From NCBI GenBank assembly GCA_030141605.1, contig JAQGDQ010000049.1, positions 496,001 to 560,000 of the forward strand: a DNA stretch of 64,000 nt. Reading direction: 5' to 3'. Below, piece by piece: positions 1-14,512 of the stretch; positions within the stretch are counted from its first letter, which is position 1; each line of letters opens with the position of its first letter. The position numbers and the translations under genes were made by a program. Source of the DNA: Tubiluchus corallicola (taxonomy: Eukaryota > Animalia > Priapulida). Under the pieces are notes generated by a model. The model was not told the DNA's origin. It was given only the letters and a program-made list of their open reading frames with translations, and ran no database searches.

Positions 1-38
1 GAGCTGATTAATACGAAAAGAATGCAGATTTTACAACT

Positions 39-819
39 TTATCTCAACTTTGAAAATTTCATTTCTGGTCTCTTCAACAAATGCTGTTGAGGACAAACAT
101 AGTAATGATGATGGTGATGATTTCGACGACGATTGTGATGATGACGACAACGACGATGATGACGATGATGATAGTGAGGATTGCGATAATGACAATGATG
201 ATGACAGTGTGGTAATTACACGACTATGATAATGGTGACGGGATAACGATGATTAATGTGCATACTTCAGCATCTTCTTCCTTGATGACATCTCCTATGG
301 GGACAGTAACAGATGGATTTGACTCAGTACACAGGAGTATCTGAGGAAGCCCATCGAAGGTTTTGTCTGCAGCCTCAGCATCACTTTGCTCACTTTCCTC
401 TTGTTCCAATTGCTTTTCCTTTTGCAATTTATTATGATAATCATTGGCACAGTTCAGCAAAACTTCGGTGAAGTCGAGAAATGATATCTGTATGCAGTTT
501 ACAAAACATTTAATAAAGAGTAATGTGACAGACGTAAGTCATTTGATAATTCCAATCAATACAGGTTCTGTTTTAAGCCTCTACTCAACAAAAATTAAAT
601 AAGTTATGAAAAATGCGTAACTCAATGGCATATATAGCTAGCAACATGTTCATACCTCTTCACGTGTGTCATAAGAACCCTCTTCAATCATTCTTGGATT
701 AATTTCACCAAGGAAACTGTACACTCTCTTGATTTCCAAGCAGTTCTCAAACAAGAGACAATCCTATAAAATCAATAATTATTCATTGTACAGTATATAT
801 AAATATACATACACACACA

Positions 820-855
<36 letters not shown>

Positions 856-3800
856 TGTATGTATGTATGTATGTATGTATATACAGTGGTTTTATACATA
901 TCTATAACAAAACAAACTAGATGGAGATAAATTTTTAGCTATTATGCTATAGATGCACTTTCAATAACTTTAATGGAATAAAACTATGAAAAGAAGAAAG
1001 AACGGGCTTTGTCATTATCGTTTGAGTTGCAGCTGCAAGTGGCTCATAAAGAAACTAATATAAGATATCGAAAAACTCAAAGTACTGTTGTCCTTAGTCT
1101 TTAGAGAGATTTAACACATTAAAAGGAAAGGAAGATACTTAAAGCAGGTAAATAATAAAAAAAATCAAGAGAGCTTTCTTTCTACACATAGATGTAATAT
1201 AATAAACCACAGATGCATCAAAATGATGCTAACTGATATCACTCCTTCTGACTTCTAAATGACATCGAATGTTTTACACAAGGTGCTGTACCAAAACCAG
1301 GGCAGTTGCCTAGGGTTCCAAAATTTTGGGGTGGCCAAATTCTGAAATAATTCTTTAAATGAACTACTTACATTATTTTCCTTTCAAGTTATAAAATTAA
1401 AATTCATCAGTGCTAGCAAGTGTCTTCCCGCACCAAAACACTCTATTTTGCTTTATCTGGTTTCCCAAGAATACACACGGTTTCTATTTAACCCGCTTTT
1501 TATGCGCAGTTTCGATCGTATGCATAGAGCTGCAGAACCAAGGATTAGCTTATTGTAATAATATTTCCGATAATAACGTTTCTTACAATAGCATTTATCT
1601 AATAATGGCAGATAAATCTATAAGAATCGAAGTCTTCATGGAATGCGAGTGGAATACAGGAAATGAAGGGTAAAAAAGGCTAGCGAATGGCGACATTGAA
1701 CAGCAAAAAGAATCTCTAATGACATATTAATTTTCTAACCAGACCAGCGTTATGGCTGTGAAGGTGGTGAAACTAGTAAAGTGGATGAAATGGATGATGA
1801 AGGCTGATGGTAAAGCTTGCCAAGAATAGCAGAAATTTGATTGCTCCTGAAATCCCAGGACATGGAGTCATAAATTCAATTTCAAATTCACTCAACACAA
1901 GCTGTAGATAAGTAATTAACTACACTTAATTAGTACACCATAATACATGTATAAGCATCACACACAGGTACCATTATAATTTATTATAATGTTACACAAT
2001 AAAAATTCAATTTTGGGGGTATGATGTGGACCGTGGGAGAATTGGTTGATGGAGGCGGCTAAAAATACTTCTGCATAGGGTGCCAAAATACCTAGAGCCA
2101 GGCCTGATCAAAATGCTTACAGTACCTCCCTCATCCTCAATTAAAGGGTGCCTGAATGAGCAAAAGTTTGTATGCTGTGCAAATGGAGAAAAGGAAAGTT
2201 ACACTTACTTTCAGCAACATCAAGAAGTCCCTTGCTGTTGGCAAAGATTTCCTTTTGTGATAGCAGTAGTCACTGAGCGAAGTAAAAACATCATAAAGAC
2301 CATTCAGGTATCCTCCCTTGACAAAAGCTGCATTGAATGTGGTATAGTAAAGACCATGTGGTTGATGGCAAGTGTTCGGCAAAATGCGGTCAAAAATCAG
2401 TTTGTCTAAACACTGAGACAACGAGTCACTAATTTTCCCGTGCACAGGCCTGAGAAAACATTTTAACATGCTTAAGATTGATTGACTGCTTGACTGACAG
2501 ACTGGTTGACAAACTGACTGCTGACGATTGATAGGAATATTATTAACTGTTGACTTTTGAATAAAATCAATAAAAAAACTTAAAAATAAGTGCAGAATAT
2601 ATATAGAGTATATTATTATTATCACTTTATTAAAATCACTTTTCGCAAAATTTTTATCACAGTAAAATGAGTTTAGCATAATTGAATTTAGCTAAGGCAA
2701 TTCGGACCTACTGCGCATTGTTAGAATAATAATGGTGCACATTACATGGTGGGGTTCCCTATCTACAAATGTTTCATTATTTCTAAAGACTCAGTATAGA
2801 GAATTTCAAGCTTTTATTCTTTTGTGAAACATTTTTGTGACATTTTGCACTTTACCACTGCATTATAACCCCCGCAGCACATTAACCTTTGCAGACAGCA
2901 GTAAGCATAATATGTGAGATCCGTTTCTAATTAAATGAGAGAACTATGGTCATTGCAAAGAACCAAATGTTGGCATATGGGCATTTTTTATGCGTTTTCA
3001 AAAATGTTTGTTGCAAACACTAGAGACTATGGTAACAATTTTCATAAGCCATAGTAATAATCATACACAATTACAATAATTATCATATACTATAATAATT
3101 TTTGTTGTTGCAATGTTAAATAGTGGGGATTCAATAAATGTTTTGTTAGTGTTTTGTAATTGTGTTGTATATTTTATATGAAAGGATGCTTATGAGTTGT
3201 TAAACTATCTGCACAAATCAATAAATAGTTTAACTTAAACATTAAAGATGCAGCAAGTCAGGATATTTAGTGTACAAATCATTTCCACAATTATGAAAGT
3301 AATTATACAAAGTAGCACAAAAATAATAATTATTGACGAGGAGCTGCATGCATAGGCTATTGCAGTGGTTACACAGAAAGCAAGCTATATTATGCATGTT
3401 AATTCAGAAACATTCTGGTAGTGTAGTAGTCAATTCATGACGAGCAAAACCATCACCAACAGAAATACACAGTACAGAGTACGTGGATTTGAGGATGTGT
3501 GCATGTGTGTGTCATGTACGAACATGTGTACAAGCTAGCATTTACGTGTGTAATAGCTTATTTCATACAGTAGATTGCAATATACAAAATTAGTACATTA
3601 TACACGTTAATTTAACTCACTTGCTTACGTGATTGATGTACAGGTGATAAGCAACAATTACAAAAATGGTGAGCAGCTGCCGGAAAAAAATCTTCTCTAG
3701 TGGATGACTGTGGTAACCTGGCTGTTCATCATTTACTAAAACACAATAATTTACTAATACAAATTGAAACAGAAGGATTTTTAATTATAAAAGAGAAAGT

Positions 3801-6800
3801 AAGAAATTTATTTTCATCGTAAACCAAAAATAAGAATGTAATGCCGTATATTATTGCAGACCTGCCAACTCGATCTCACACATTAAGCATGTGTCACATG
3901 CATTTTAAGTTGTTTGTACCCACACTCGCATCATGCATTCCCTGATTTCATGCACAAATCAGATGGCTTCCTTTGCCCTTAGTACCAACCACAACACAAT
4001 TAGTTACAGTAGCATTCATGAGTCTCACGATGCATATTACATTAAGGGTACTACAGTTATTGAAAATTAAGCACTTTTGGGTGCTACTGCGCTTTTTCAT
4101 GTGTACAAAGAACATATTTATATATAAAGCACAGCGGACTGCAATAGCAGCATAACAAAATTCTGTAGTACCCAAAAATTACCTTAATTTTTTGCCTTCA
4201 TTTTTAATAGTTTGATTTTGATACCCAAAAAATGCAAAATTTTAGACATAATTTCACCCCCCCCCCCACCGGGACCTTGCGGAAGTGATCCCAGCTTTCT
4301 ACATTTCACGCCCATTTTTACATCAAATGGCGGCAGATCTGTCATTGACACAATATTATTATAGAGCGGGATGGGAAGGGTAAGCCGTAATTTTATCTAG
4401 GCCTTTTAACGTTGATATCAATTTTTACACACCATTTAACATTGACAGCAAGTTTTAATACAATTAGATACCAATTTTGAGCAAGTCCTAAGCAATGTGG
4501 TGGATTTTTAACACCAAACTGTAAACTAATCAGTTTTGTGTATACAGAGGTGGTTACTCTGGACAGGCCTGATGTAGAAAATGAAAAAAAAATCAGGAAA
4601 AACTTAACTAATTCCACCAAAACAAAAATAAAAGTTTTATTCAAATGAAATTGCAGTTGTTTGGAGTTTTACACAAACAAATGTGGCATTCCAGGAATAA
4701 AGCAACTAAACCACACCAAAAGTAATGCACTAAACACTTCCCATTTCTTGGACATGGAAGAGAAAATTTATGCACTGGGTATGACAGAAACAACACCTTG
4801 TAACTTAATTACATCAAATAAATGCAATGTAAGAAAATGAAAATACAGAAAGGTATTGTTTGTATGTAATACTGCACACAGTGGTTTAATTTTTCTTCAT
4901 CAAGCTTGGCAGTCATTACTATCTGCTGTCCAAATATTTAGCAGTGATATGCAGGTATGAGACATTTGTATGTCGAATGAATTGAACTATATGTGTGTAA
5001 GACGGTAGATTCTATTAATCATGTATCTCTGGATATTATAATGAAATGTACTATATACCTGTGTGTACATTGTTTACTGCACATATAACGTATATAGAAA
5101 TGGTATCGATACCTACAAACTATTCTTTTAACTAGATTAGTGTGTCCATTTCTATAGCTCAGGTAATATGTACATCATTATAGGTACATGATGTTGAATA
5201 CGTAAGGTTAAATAGGTTTGGAATTCTAACATTGTGATTTTATACTGCCTTTGCAGTCTTTACCTGAGATGATGCTGTCAATCTGTGCAATGTTCTTGCC
5301 ATCCTCAAAGACTTTGCTGTCTACAAGCAGCTGTAGCAGCTGCATTTTCACCATGACACAGGAGTAGTCAACATTAGCTATGTCCTCACTGTTGCCAAGT
5401 TTGGCATAGTAGCGGTATATCCTCATCAAAGCGCTAAGATTTCTCAACAGTACATTTCGCACCTAAAAAAACATAATGTCGTCCAATTTTATTTGCCACC
5501 CTAAATGCCACCTGATATTCACTGCAGGTAGACCTAGTTTTTTATTTAAGAAACAGGAGTAGTTCATATTTTGTACATCAAGAGCAAAGTATTTTGTGTG
5601 CATAAATTTGAAAGCAAAGCAAGTCAATTAAATTAAGATTTCAATGCTCATCAAAGTGCCAAGCATGTGTAATTGTAATTTGTATAAAAGCATGTTTACT
5701 AGAATAACTACTACTCTTAATTCTACTCCTAAAAGACCTATTTCCAGCATTAAACTGTTTTGCAAGAAATGCAAAGGACAAAAGATTGAAAAACTAAGTC
5801 CTTAATGCTTTGAACCAGTGACCTGAAGCACTGACACTTAAATAGCCTTGGTATTTAGATAACTATTTATATGCCAAAATAGGTTAACATTTTAGAATGT
5901 TATAAAGGAATGTTATTTGAAAAAGAATGAAATGCTTAGTCGATCACGTACTAACCTGTAGCATTTGATAATTGAGGCACTCGAAGCTAGAAATACATTT
6001 CTGAATGAGATCCATGTCCAGATCCAATGTATTCTCTTCAAAGCCAAATGTATGCAGTTCACAAGATGAATTGTCTGCAACTAACAAAATTGATACATAA
6101 TTACAAACAGATGGGTACACATCTCTGACTCTCCAAGCATAGAAATCAGCATAAAAATGACAGATATTGAACCCTCTTTCATTATGCTATTGCATTTCAC
6201 ATAAAATAAAGTTTAAAATATCTTTCCAGTTAAATTTCATAAAAAATTTGCTAAAGAAAACCAAAAGGCAACCATCAGCAACACGTGGCGCCATCTCTAA
6301 CAGTACAGTATAGAATTTGTATAATGTAAGCATCTCTAGGCAAAATTAAGCACCGTGTAGATTACAGTAAAATTGCTCATACCGTAATTTTGTTACTGTC
6401 CCACTCAAATTTTAGTTCGAACATGGTGAAAAATTAAGTTTATCAATGATATATGTAAACCTTAAAGAAAGACAGGATGATTTTTTTTATATTTTAGCTA
6501 CCCCATTTTCAAGTACTGCAAAAAAGTATACATTCTAATAAAATCCTAATTAACAACGGGAAAGCCCAATTATTAATGGCATCACAAACGAACATGATTT
6601 TCAAAAGCAAAAATATTCTACGAGCACATTGCCTGTGTTTGCGAAAGCGAAAAGTAAGAGATTCAGGGCATTTTACTAAAACTAGGCAAATTTTAAGATA
6701 AAAATTCAAATTTCCAATGTGCTACATGTTTCTCAAATCAAGGCGCTAGTCTCCGTAAAACTAGTGAATGGCTAACTGCATGTAACAGTGAAGAATTGGT

Positions 6801-9800
6801 GGCGCGAATGTGAAACTGCGTTTGCGTGGTAATAATTCTTTCACGTAAGTCATTCTTGAAACAACAGTATGTTTCCTTTCGGTATTTTAAAGATCAGTTT
6901 GTTTCGACCTACAGTTTAAAACTGGGTCCGGCTTTCCTTTAATTGAACACACATTCATTAAGTACTAAAGCATCAACCTAACCAGTGCATGCTTTTTTAA
7001 TTAAACTTATCTTCTGCTGTTTACTTTTTACAAATTCTATATTTTACAAAATTGCCTTTTTATGACATGTACTACAACAAATATAATAAATACCAGTACA
7101 CGTTTGATCAGCAAGAACTCATTAATTATTACCAATGACACTCGCTGGCCGTGGAGAACTGCAAGGTACTTGAATTGGCATAGGCATTATCAAAGAAGAC
7201 ACTCCCTTCATAAAAAAGCGTGGGCACTCCGAAACTTTATCCAGGTAGAAAAATTGTTCTGCTTCATGACCATTTTTAAATGTCATTTTTCCCTGCAAAA
7301 CATTATATGTAAAGAAAGACTAAATCTTATTACCGTTTTGTGTCCTTGCTCAAAATTTAGTGATAGCACAATATTTTAAAATGTTAATTTATAACTAGAA
7401 ATTTTTTACTTTATAAATAATTGTTGAAGATAGGCTCACATTTATGAATAAAAGCATAACAAATGCTGAAAAGCCCAAAAGAATTCTTTCACAGCTAATT
7501 TGATTTTTTAGTGAACAAAGGGGTTTAAGATATTGCATGTTTAATGAACTTCACTTGAGTGCTTGATTCTCTTACCCTAACGTAAAGCTGTGTAAATACC
7601 TTTCAAACTTTAGTTGTGATGGCATCACTACACTGTGACAGATCTTAACAACACGATGTAACACAATTTACGCCTACCCACCGATCCACATTTCAAGTTG
7701 TTTTTCCATCTTCCTTTATACGAAGCACCACTAGCGTAGTACAAAGTACCGTCACCATGACGATTGCCATAGTACCATTCGCCTACGTATTTGTTCTTTA
7801 ATGGATATGGAGATTCAAAGGAAAAAGTAGAGTGCCAGATGTGGGTACCTTCACCATGCTATAATGGTGTAAGCAAATCTGGATATTACATTATAGTTAA
7901 AACACATTTAACTGTTTGCAAAATACATTGTACAAGAGCCATCAACAAGAACCACCATTTATGTAAAAAGTCACCATGACAGATAACATATCTTTCTGGT
8001 TTCTTTCTGGTTTTTCTCGTAATTGAGATAGTTATTTAGTATAGAATAGTAGCTAGGTCATTGTTGTAGATGCACATACAGTACCAGTAACATTTAAAAA
8101 ATAAAATTCCAATAAAACACTTTCTATAGTTTAGATATTTAAGCATGTTCCTTTACCTAGCTTTTCCTGAGTAATTAACTCATGATGACTTTGTACAAAA
8201 AATGAAAAATTAGCAAAATTCACAGGCCTATCAACTTTCATGTTAAACAATTTAGAATTATTAACTATCAGTGAAAGACAGACTTTTAGCCAACCCTCTA
8301 ATAATAAACTCATCGAGTACATCTTTCTCCCCAAAATCCTAAAACTAGCTAATTTCTTAGCAAAATGAAAGGAAAAAGTTCACTTCACACTTACAGGCAA
8401 AACAAAATTCAGCAGCCATCGAAACCACAATTACCGATCAACGCTGTCTGATTTCTAGAGGCATAGTGGTTATTAAAGGCATAATGATCATACTTACATT
8501 GTAAATCACAATCCTGATTATTGAAAATGATCACCATGTTTTATATTCATTGAACAAACTAAATTGACAGCTTAGAGGAAATTGTCGAACTACTGCGCTA
8601 ACTGGGTCGTTAATGATGCAGGAAGCCAGATATGTGCAGCAGTAATGTACCTAACATTGTAGGACAGCTACTACCTAACTTGCATTTGGCAGACAAATCC
8701 GGAGTTTACTAACCCTTCTAAGCCTTCATAATTGTAATTCTTAATGCTATAAAATTCAACTTTCAAGTTATGCAACCTGATTTCGTTGAGATAGTCTTTT
8801 GTATTTTGCTTACTTTGAGTTCCTGAATGCCTTCATTCCTGTAATAGTAACATAGTAACATCAGTGCCTTAGACCAATCTACTCCGAATATTGATCTTTG
8901 CTGCTGGATGAAAATATGTTGACTTCACACAGCAAGAAATCTAAGTAGAACAAACTATAACATAACAACTTCATATGCTCTACCTGAACTCCATTTACCC
9001 AGTCACCATTATAGCTCTCATTTATATCAATCCAGTACATTGATCCACGCCCGTGCCGCTTGCCCATGTTCCATTCCCCTTTATAAATGTTACCGCTACT
9101 ATACTGTCGCACACCATATCCATGCGGGAAACCATCTTTAAATTCCCCTTCATAATAATTCATTTCGTCCTCACTATAGTCAATCTTACCCTGAATGAAC
9201 AATAATATCAATATGTTAAATAACAAACAATTTACCTAACATGTTCAAAATTCGTATTAAAATTGGTCAATTAACTGGTAAATTAACTGGTATTATTAAC
9301 AATTAAACTGGTAAAAAACGTAAAAATGTCCATGGTAAGGTCTCTAACGTAATAAAACATTTTCTTTTAATATTTAATTATGTCAAATATTTCTAATTAT
9401 CAGAAACTTATCACAAAAAAGTACCTTCCCTTCCTTTTTGCCCATGTTCCATTCACCTCGATACCGAACCCAAGGGTTGGTGGCAGCAAAGAGTCCTTTA
9501 CCATGACGAATGCCATCTAAAACCTCTCCCTCATAGCTGCTGCCATCTGGCCAGAAGTATTTACCATATCCGTTTATAGAGTTGTCAACAAAATTTCCCT
9601 GCAAATTAACTAAAGATGAAAACAAACACTAAAAAATCTGTATGTTACTACACTACAGTGGCATACCTAGAATATGGCAGGAATAGCAGGCATTGCGTGT
9701 ACAATCCACAGATGGAAAATAATAACTCCAACCTCAATAAACTTGCTGATGCTAAACAAATGCCAAGAGCTTGCCATTATTATGTATCTTTAAGTTGCAG

Positions 9801-11526
9801 ATAAAGAATTAGATTAAGTACATAAAGAAACAAAATAAATATTTTGCTGGATGCAAAACATAGCCTTTCAATTAAGAGCCATCACTTGAATAAGGCAAAT
9901 GTAGAAAAAAATTACATTGAACACAACGCCATCATTTCTGGTAAATCGGCCTTGTCCGTGCATCTTGCCATCCTGGAATAGTCCTTCGTAATGATGCCCA
10001 TCAGCAAATTCTGCTACTCCATATTTTGTGAACTTGTCATTTTCATCTAAAGGTCCTTCATATCTGCAACACATTCCTTTTCATAAACTTTGTCGCCATT
10101 AGACAGCAGTACTTGTTGTTAGGCACTAAAAATAATCTATATAAAAGTGAACGGGGGGGGGGGCATCTATAAAAATTATAAAAAAATTAAACATGCTGCG
10201 ATGCTGCACTGAAAAGTTAAAAGAAAAAAATGAAATTGTGTCAGTTATGAAATAACAATATTTTTCACAGTTGACAAACTGTATTTTTTTGTTTTTTTTT
10301 GCAAAAATTGTATAAATTACCATTATCATTGTTCCTGAATATTAAAGTTGACTACTAACTAAATTATGCCCTATATAGCCAATATAGCCACAACCCAACC
10401 CTGCCATATGTTACAAAAATTTTATTAGAAAAAAATTACATAACAGTGAAAAACTGCAAAAGCACAAAGAACTGTGTTGTTTTGCACTTGAGTTTGTTTA
10501 AGATAGGCTATCTTGTAGTTCAAAATGTAGAGTACTGCAACAGTGATCAGCAAATGAAGCAGGCATTTATTTTTATTTTTATGCCCATAAAAGACAAATG
10601 TCACTTACTTTTCAATGATAAGACTCAGAAGTGCAGTTTCTATGATCGGCTGTTGCACTTTTGGCTTGCTCTGGATGTCTTTTTCTCCTATTAAATGTTT
10701 ACTGCCATGGCATGGTAAAAAAAGGGACTGCAAGACAGGCCCTTCCAATACTAAAAATGCAAAATATAATATTACTGCAAACCTTTATCAAGCAATTATG
10801 GAATGCACTGAAGTTTTTTTAAAAATAGCGTAAATGTTCTTTGTCAAAATACTTTAAAAGGAGCTCTGAAAGGCTATTTGTCCTTTCCAACAGCAGTCGA
10901 AGCTTGGGTACATTGGTCGTGCTACTCTACATGTGTCTATCGGCATAATAAAATCAACATGGATTGGAGTAAAAATCGTCAAATTTGGCACAGCGATAAG
11001 TCACGGCAGAAACAGGAAAGTACACATCCATTGATTGTTGGTTCAAAAGGTCAACGACCATATGCTAGAAAGGGCACTATAATGTATTTTTCATCATAGG
11101 GTAAATTCCATTGGTAATGCTGCAAAGTACAACCTGTGCCATGAAAGTGATTTAACTACATTCAAGTTGTTACCAAAAGGAGTTCATTCTGTGTATGACA
11201 GTCAAGTAAGAAATGTCATGCTGGGTTACTCTCTCCCTGATTGGGTGGCTGAACTTTGTTCTGCTGGTGCATGTTCTCACAGTGAGAGACAAGTTTTGGA
11301 AACCCAAGTTCTGCTCGTTTCAGAAGGTCAAAGGTCAAGGTTCCAATGACAGTATAATATTTGCCGGTAGCAACTTTATGCAAGAGTGTGGGTCTGATCT
11401 CTACTGAGTGTCCTCAATCTAATTAAATGACTATATCAGCTACATCGCAGTAATTAAGTGATTACCATAAATCCTGTCGCCTTTCCGCACACGGTCCTTC
11501 TTTGCAGGCGTTGGCGTCTTTGGCAT
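39..11526 (-). CDS. RSPH10B: Radial spoke head 10 homolog B-like (MORN-repeat axonemal protein), about 14 coding exons, about 684 aa as modelled
   Basis: GT-AG exons in consistent phase: 11466-11526 (MPKTPTPAKKDRVRK, tentative start), 10609-10687, 9916-10063, 9425-9598, 8984-9190, 7682-7858, 7133-7292, 5956-6074, 5264-5462, 3621-3735, 2209-2449, 656-763, 266-487, 39-83 (tentative last exon). Tandem MORN repeats (YEGLFQDGKMHGQG, WPDGSSYEGEVLDGIRHGKG, SSGNIYKGEWNMGKRHGRG, YPLKNKYVGEW, YYASGASYKGRW) are preceded by LSLIIEKYEG and followed by RIYRYYAKLG and ISFLDFTEVLL, the motif order I recall for RSPH10B. The gene may continue past position 1. Confidence 0.88.
826..880. repeat. (TATG)n microsatellite
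   Basis: Read directly. Confidence 0.97.
3857..4341. mobile_element. Possible MITE with CAGACCTGCC-type ends
   Basis: CAGACCTGCC ... GGCAGATCTG imperfect 10-bp inverted ends; flanks TTATTG / TCATTG. Confidence 0.4.
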
Positions 11527-12593
11527 TTTTAATCACAGCTCGAAAAGTGAACTAATGCATTACACTAAAATTTTGGATAAATTAAGGAAATATTTTTTCA
11601 TTTTGGTGATACTGAAAAGTTCATCTGCTTGAACTGTGACCACAAATATCCCAGGCAAATGAATCAACTTAGCATCTCGTTCACTATTAATTAAACACAT
11701 GTAAATACTTTATCTTAGGGAAATATTGATGCGAAATCCATTTTTCTTAATTTAAAGATAAAAACTAACCAGTTCTTGTAAGATTTCCAAATTAGATAAA
11801 AAACCATCTCAAAAAACATTCCACAGCAATATTGTAAGCGGTAAATACATGCTAAGTATTCTGAAAGCCATTACGCTAAAATTGATACTTTTGGACTTAT
11901 ATATGACATATACATAATTGACCATTCCTTTGTAAATAGTTTTCAGACTCCATCCAAAAGGTTTTATTTTGAAACTTTCATGTCGCCCCACAGCTTTGAC
12001 ATTAGCTAATCACTTTACAATAACTGATAAATCACTGCTTTGAAAGTTTATGTAATAAAAGTAATATATTTTTTATAGGCCTACCTTTTTATGTTTGTGA
12101 AATGTAAGTTCATAAAAATTAAAAATTAAAAATCAGCAGCCATCACGTGGTCATTCCTGTACCCAATGCAAGAAATCAAGGTTTATCCTCATTTATATTA
12201 TTTTGCATAATCACAAATAAATTTAATTAAATCAAATAGAATTCTCCATAGCACCAATTCCATTATTGTATAAATGTAGATTTGACAGCAGATAGTGTTT
12301 TATCGCTGCCACGCATGCGCGCTGCAATAGGATATCTAAACTCTAAAACCCAAAGCTTAAAAATGCAGCAGTATCTAAATCAGGTTCAGATTCAGATTTG
12401 AATTATCATGTACGTCACCTGAACTTGTTAACAGAAATTTAATCCTGTATGCCTTAATTAAATTTAAAGTACTCAATAATACTAAACAAAGTTTACAAAG
12501 GATAAACAGAATTTAATGAGATATTTCGCATCTTATGACAACGAGAACAAGGATTCAGTCATGACATCCACGACATGAATGATGCATTAAGTT

Positions 12594-12607
12594 GTTTCTA
12601 TGGTAAC
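12594..12607. promoter_or_regulatory. RFX X-box upstream of the RSPH10B-like gene
   Basis: GTTTCTATGGTAAC fits the X-box pattern GTNNCYATRGNAAC. It lies about 1.07 kb 5' of the ATG, just beyond a probable non-coding-exon donor (minus-strand CAG|GTGACG near 12418). Confidence 0.7.
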
Positions 12608-13137
12608 ACTTGTAATTTTTATTCCAGTCGGTAGATGGCGAAATTAGACTTACGCGTTATGACATCATATCACGTGTTCACCCTGTCGCTGTGAGAAGTA
12701 TACTTACTCACTTAGTCCAGGAAAAGGTTGTAACTTTTGGTTTACAGTGATTTATTTATAGGTATTACTTATATGATTTACAGTGGTATTACGTGTTTTT
12801 CCATATTTATTTATATCAACACAGGGTGGTTGACTTTGGTAACTTTTAGTTTTTCGCCACCCTTTCACCAATCACTTGATCATCATTAACTCAGATAATT
12901 TATTCATTTAATAATCTTGTCACTTTGTATCATATTATCATTTCATGCTCTGTGTTTTTCTTGTAAAAAATGTGATAAATAAAGATACTTACTTACTTAT
13001 TTGTTTTAATTTACTGTTTTGAGTTATTTCCTGTGGGAGGAATATTGAATTTTTTATTTTGTTTATTGAATGTTTTCATTGTAATGTACATTATATGATT
13101 AGTAATACTAATAGTATAATGAGAAGTGGTCACCCGT

Positions 13138-13960
13138 CTCAAGTTGGTTTGACATTGGTTTGACAATGTGCTTTGAATTCGAGATTCGGTATGCCCTCAT
13201 ATACACTAACTAAAGGAAACGTTGCGATGCCTCATTTCACTTCAATCGAAGTTTATTTACGCTATGTAATTCAAACACGGGTATTTAGAAATAAATAGGA
13301 ACTAAGATCAAACTTATAGATGGCAACTGAAATGATTAGAAACTATGCTTAGAAAAATGCAGTATACAGGTAATAAAATTGTTTAACACTATATAATAGC
13401 CTCCGTGAAGATTCATGTTGTTGTTTAGTTATCTGCCTGCATATTCATGTTCCACCTGTACAAGTGCTGATGTAACCAAAGAAAAGTTTATAATGCCATA
13501 ACACTGACACATATTGTTCACTAGCTCACTAGTTATCTAACCATATGGGTGTCTGCCCGTTACAAACTTTCCTGCTACCATATATTTGCACATTCCCCGA
13601 GTTTCACATTTACCCATTTGAAAGTATTTCATATTTAAAGTGATCTTATAAACAAAGAAAACTTTGTGACACCTCAACAAGAATGTACATTGTTTACTAG
13701 CTCATTAGTTATCTAATCGTATGGGTGCCAGCCTGTTACAAACTTTCGTGTTCCCGTGTGCCCGCACTTTTCGCAAGTTTCATATTTGACACAAGTTTTC
13801 CATGTTTAAAGTGTTGGTGTAACCAAAGAAAAGTTTGTAACACCTGAACAAGGATACATATCGCTTACTAGCTCATTAGTCGGCCCATTACAAACTTTCA
13901 TGTTCCCATATGCCTGCACTTTTCGCAAGTTTCACATTTGACACAATGCTCCATATTCTA
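13138..13960 (+). mobile_element. Unclassified interspersed element, copy A, with three internal ~175-bp tandem units
   Basis: Units begin AAGTG(CT/TT)GRTGTAACCAAAGAAAAGTTT near 13462 and 13809, with a diverged unit near 13638. The 5' part (CTCAAGTTGGTTTGA...ATTCGAGATTCGGTATG...ACTAAAGGAAA) matches the reverse complement of 16400-16663. Confidence 0.7.
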
Positions 13961-14512
13961 ATTTCTAAAACAGTTTTTTGATGCATGCTTGTATGCGATA
14001 CGGTAACTTAAATTAGGTGACGTTGGTACTGTCACAAATATTATCACCCACCATGACACTCAGTGCTGTGACGTCACGTTAGGAAGTGGCAATTAACAGC
14101 CGCAGTACAGTAGACAGGAAATGGCCTCAGCAAGCAGAGACTGTGAACACTGAACAGAACAGTTATTGCTAAGTAATGATTTATCTATTAATAAAAATGT
14201 TTCTTACTATAGTATTTATCTATTTATAGCAAACAAACTTGTAAGAATTAGTTTTTATTTTACAAACCTGCAAGAAACAGCAAATTTATAGTAACAAACA
14301 CAGTATGCAGAGCACTATGATGTTACTGTACCATTATTTAAACTGTGTGTAGGCTGTATGAACAATAGGTGTGCCGAGTACTCCCACGAATTAGATGCAA
14401 GTAAGCTGCCAGCTACTATTTCTTATCTAGTACCCCAGTCTCTTCATTACCGGCGTATCGCTTGATTTTACCCACATGTAAATATAGCGAGAGCCACACA
14501 TGCACAGTGTCG

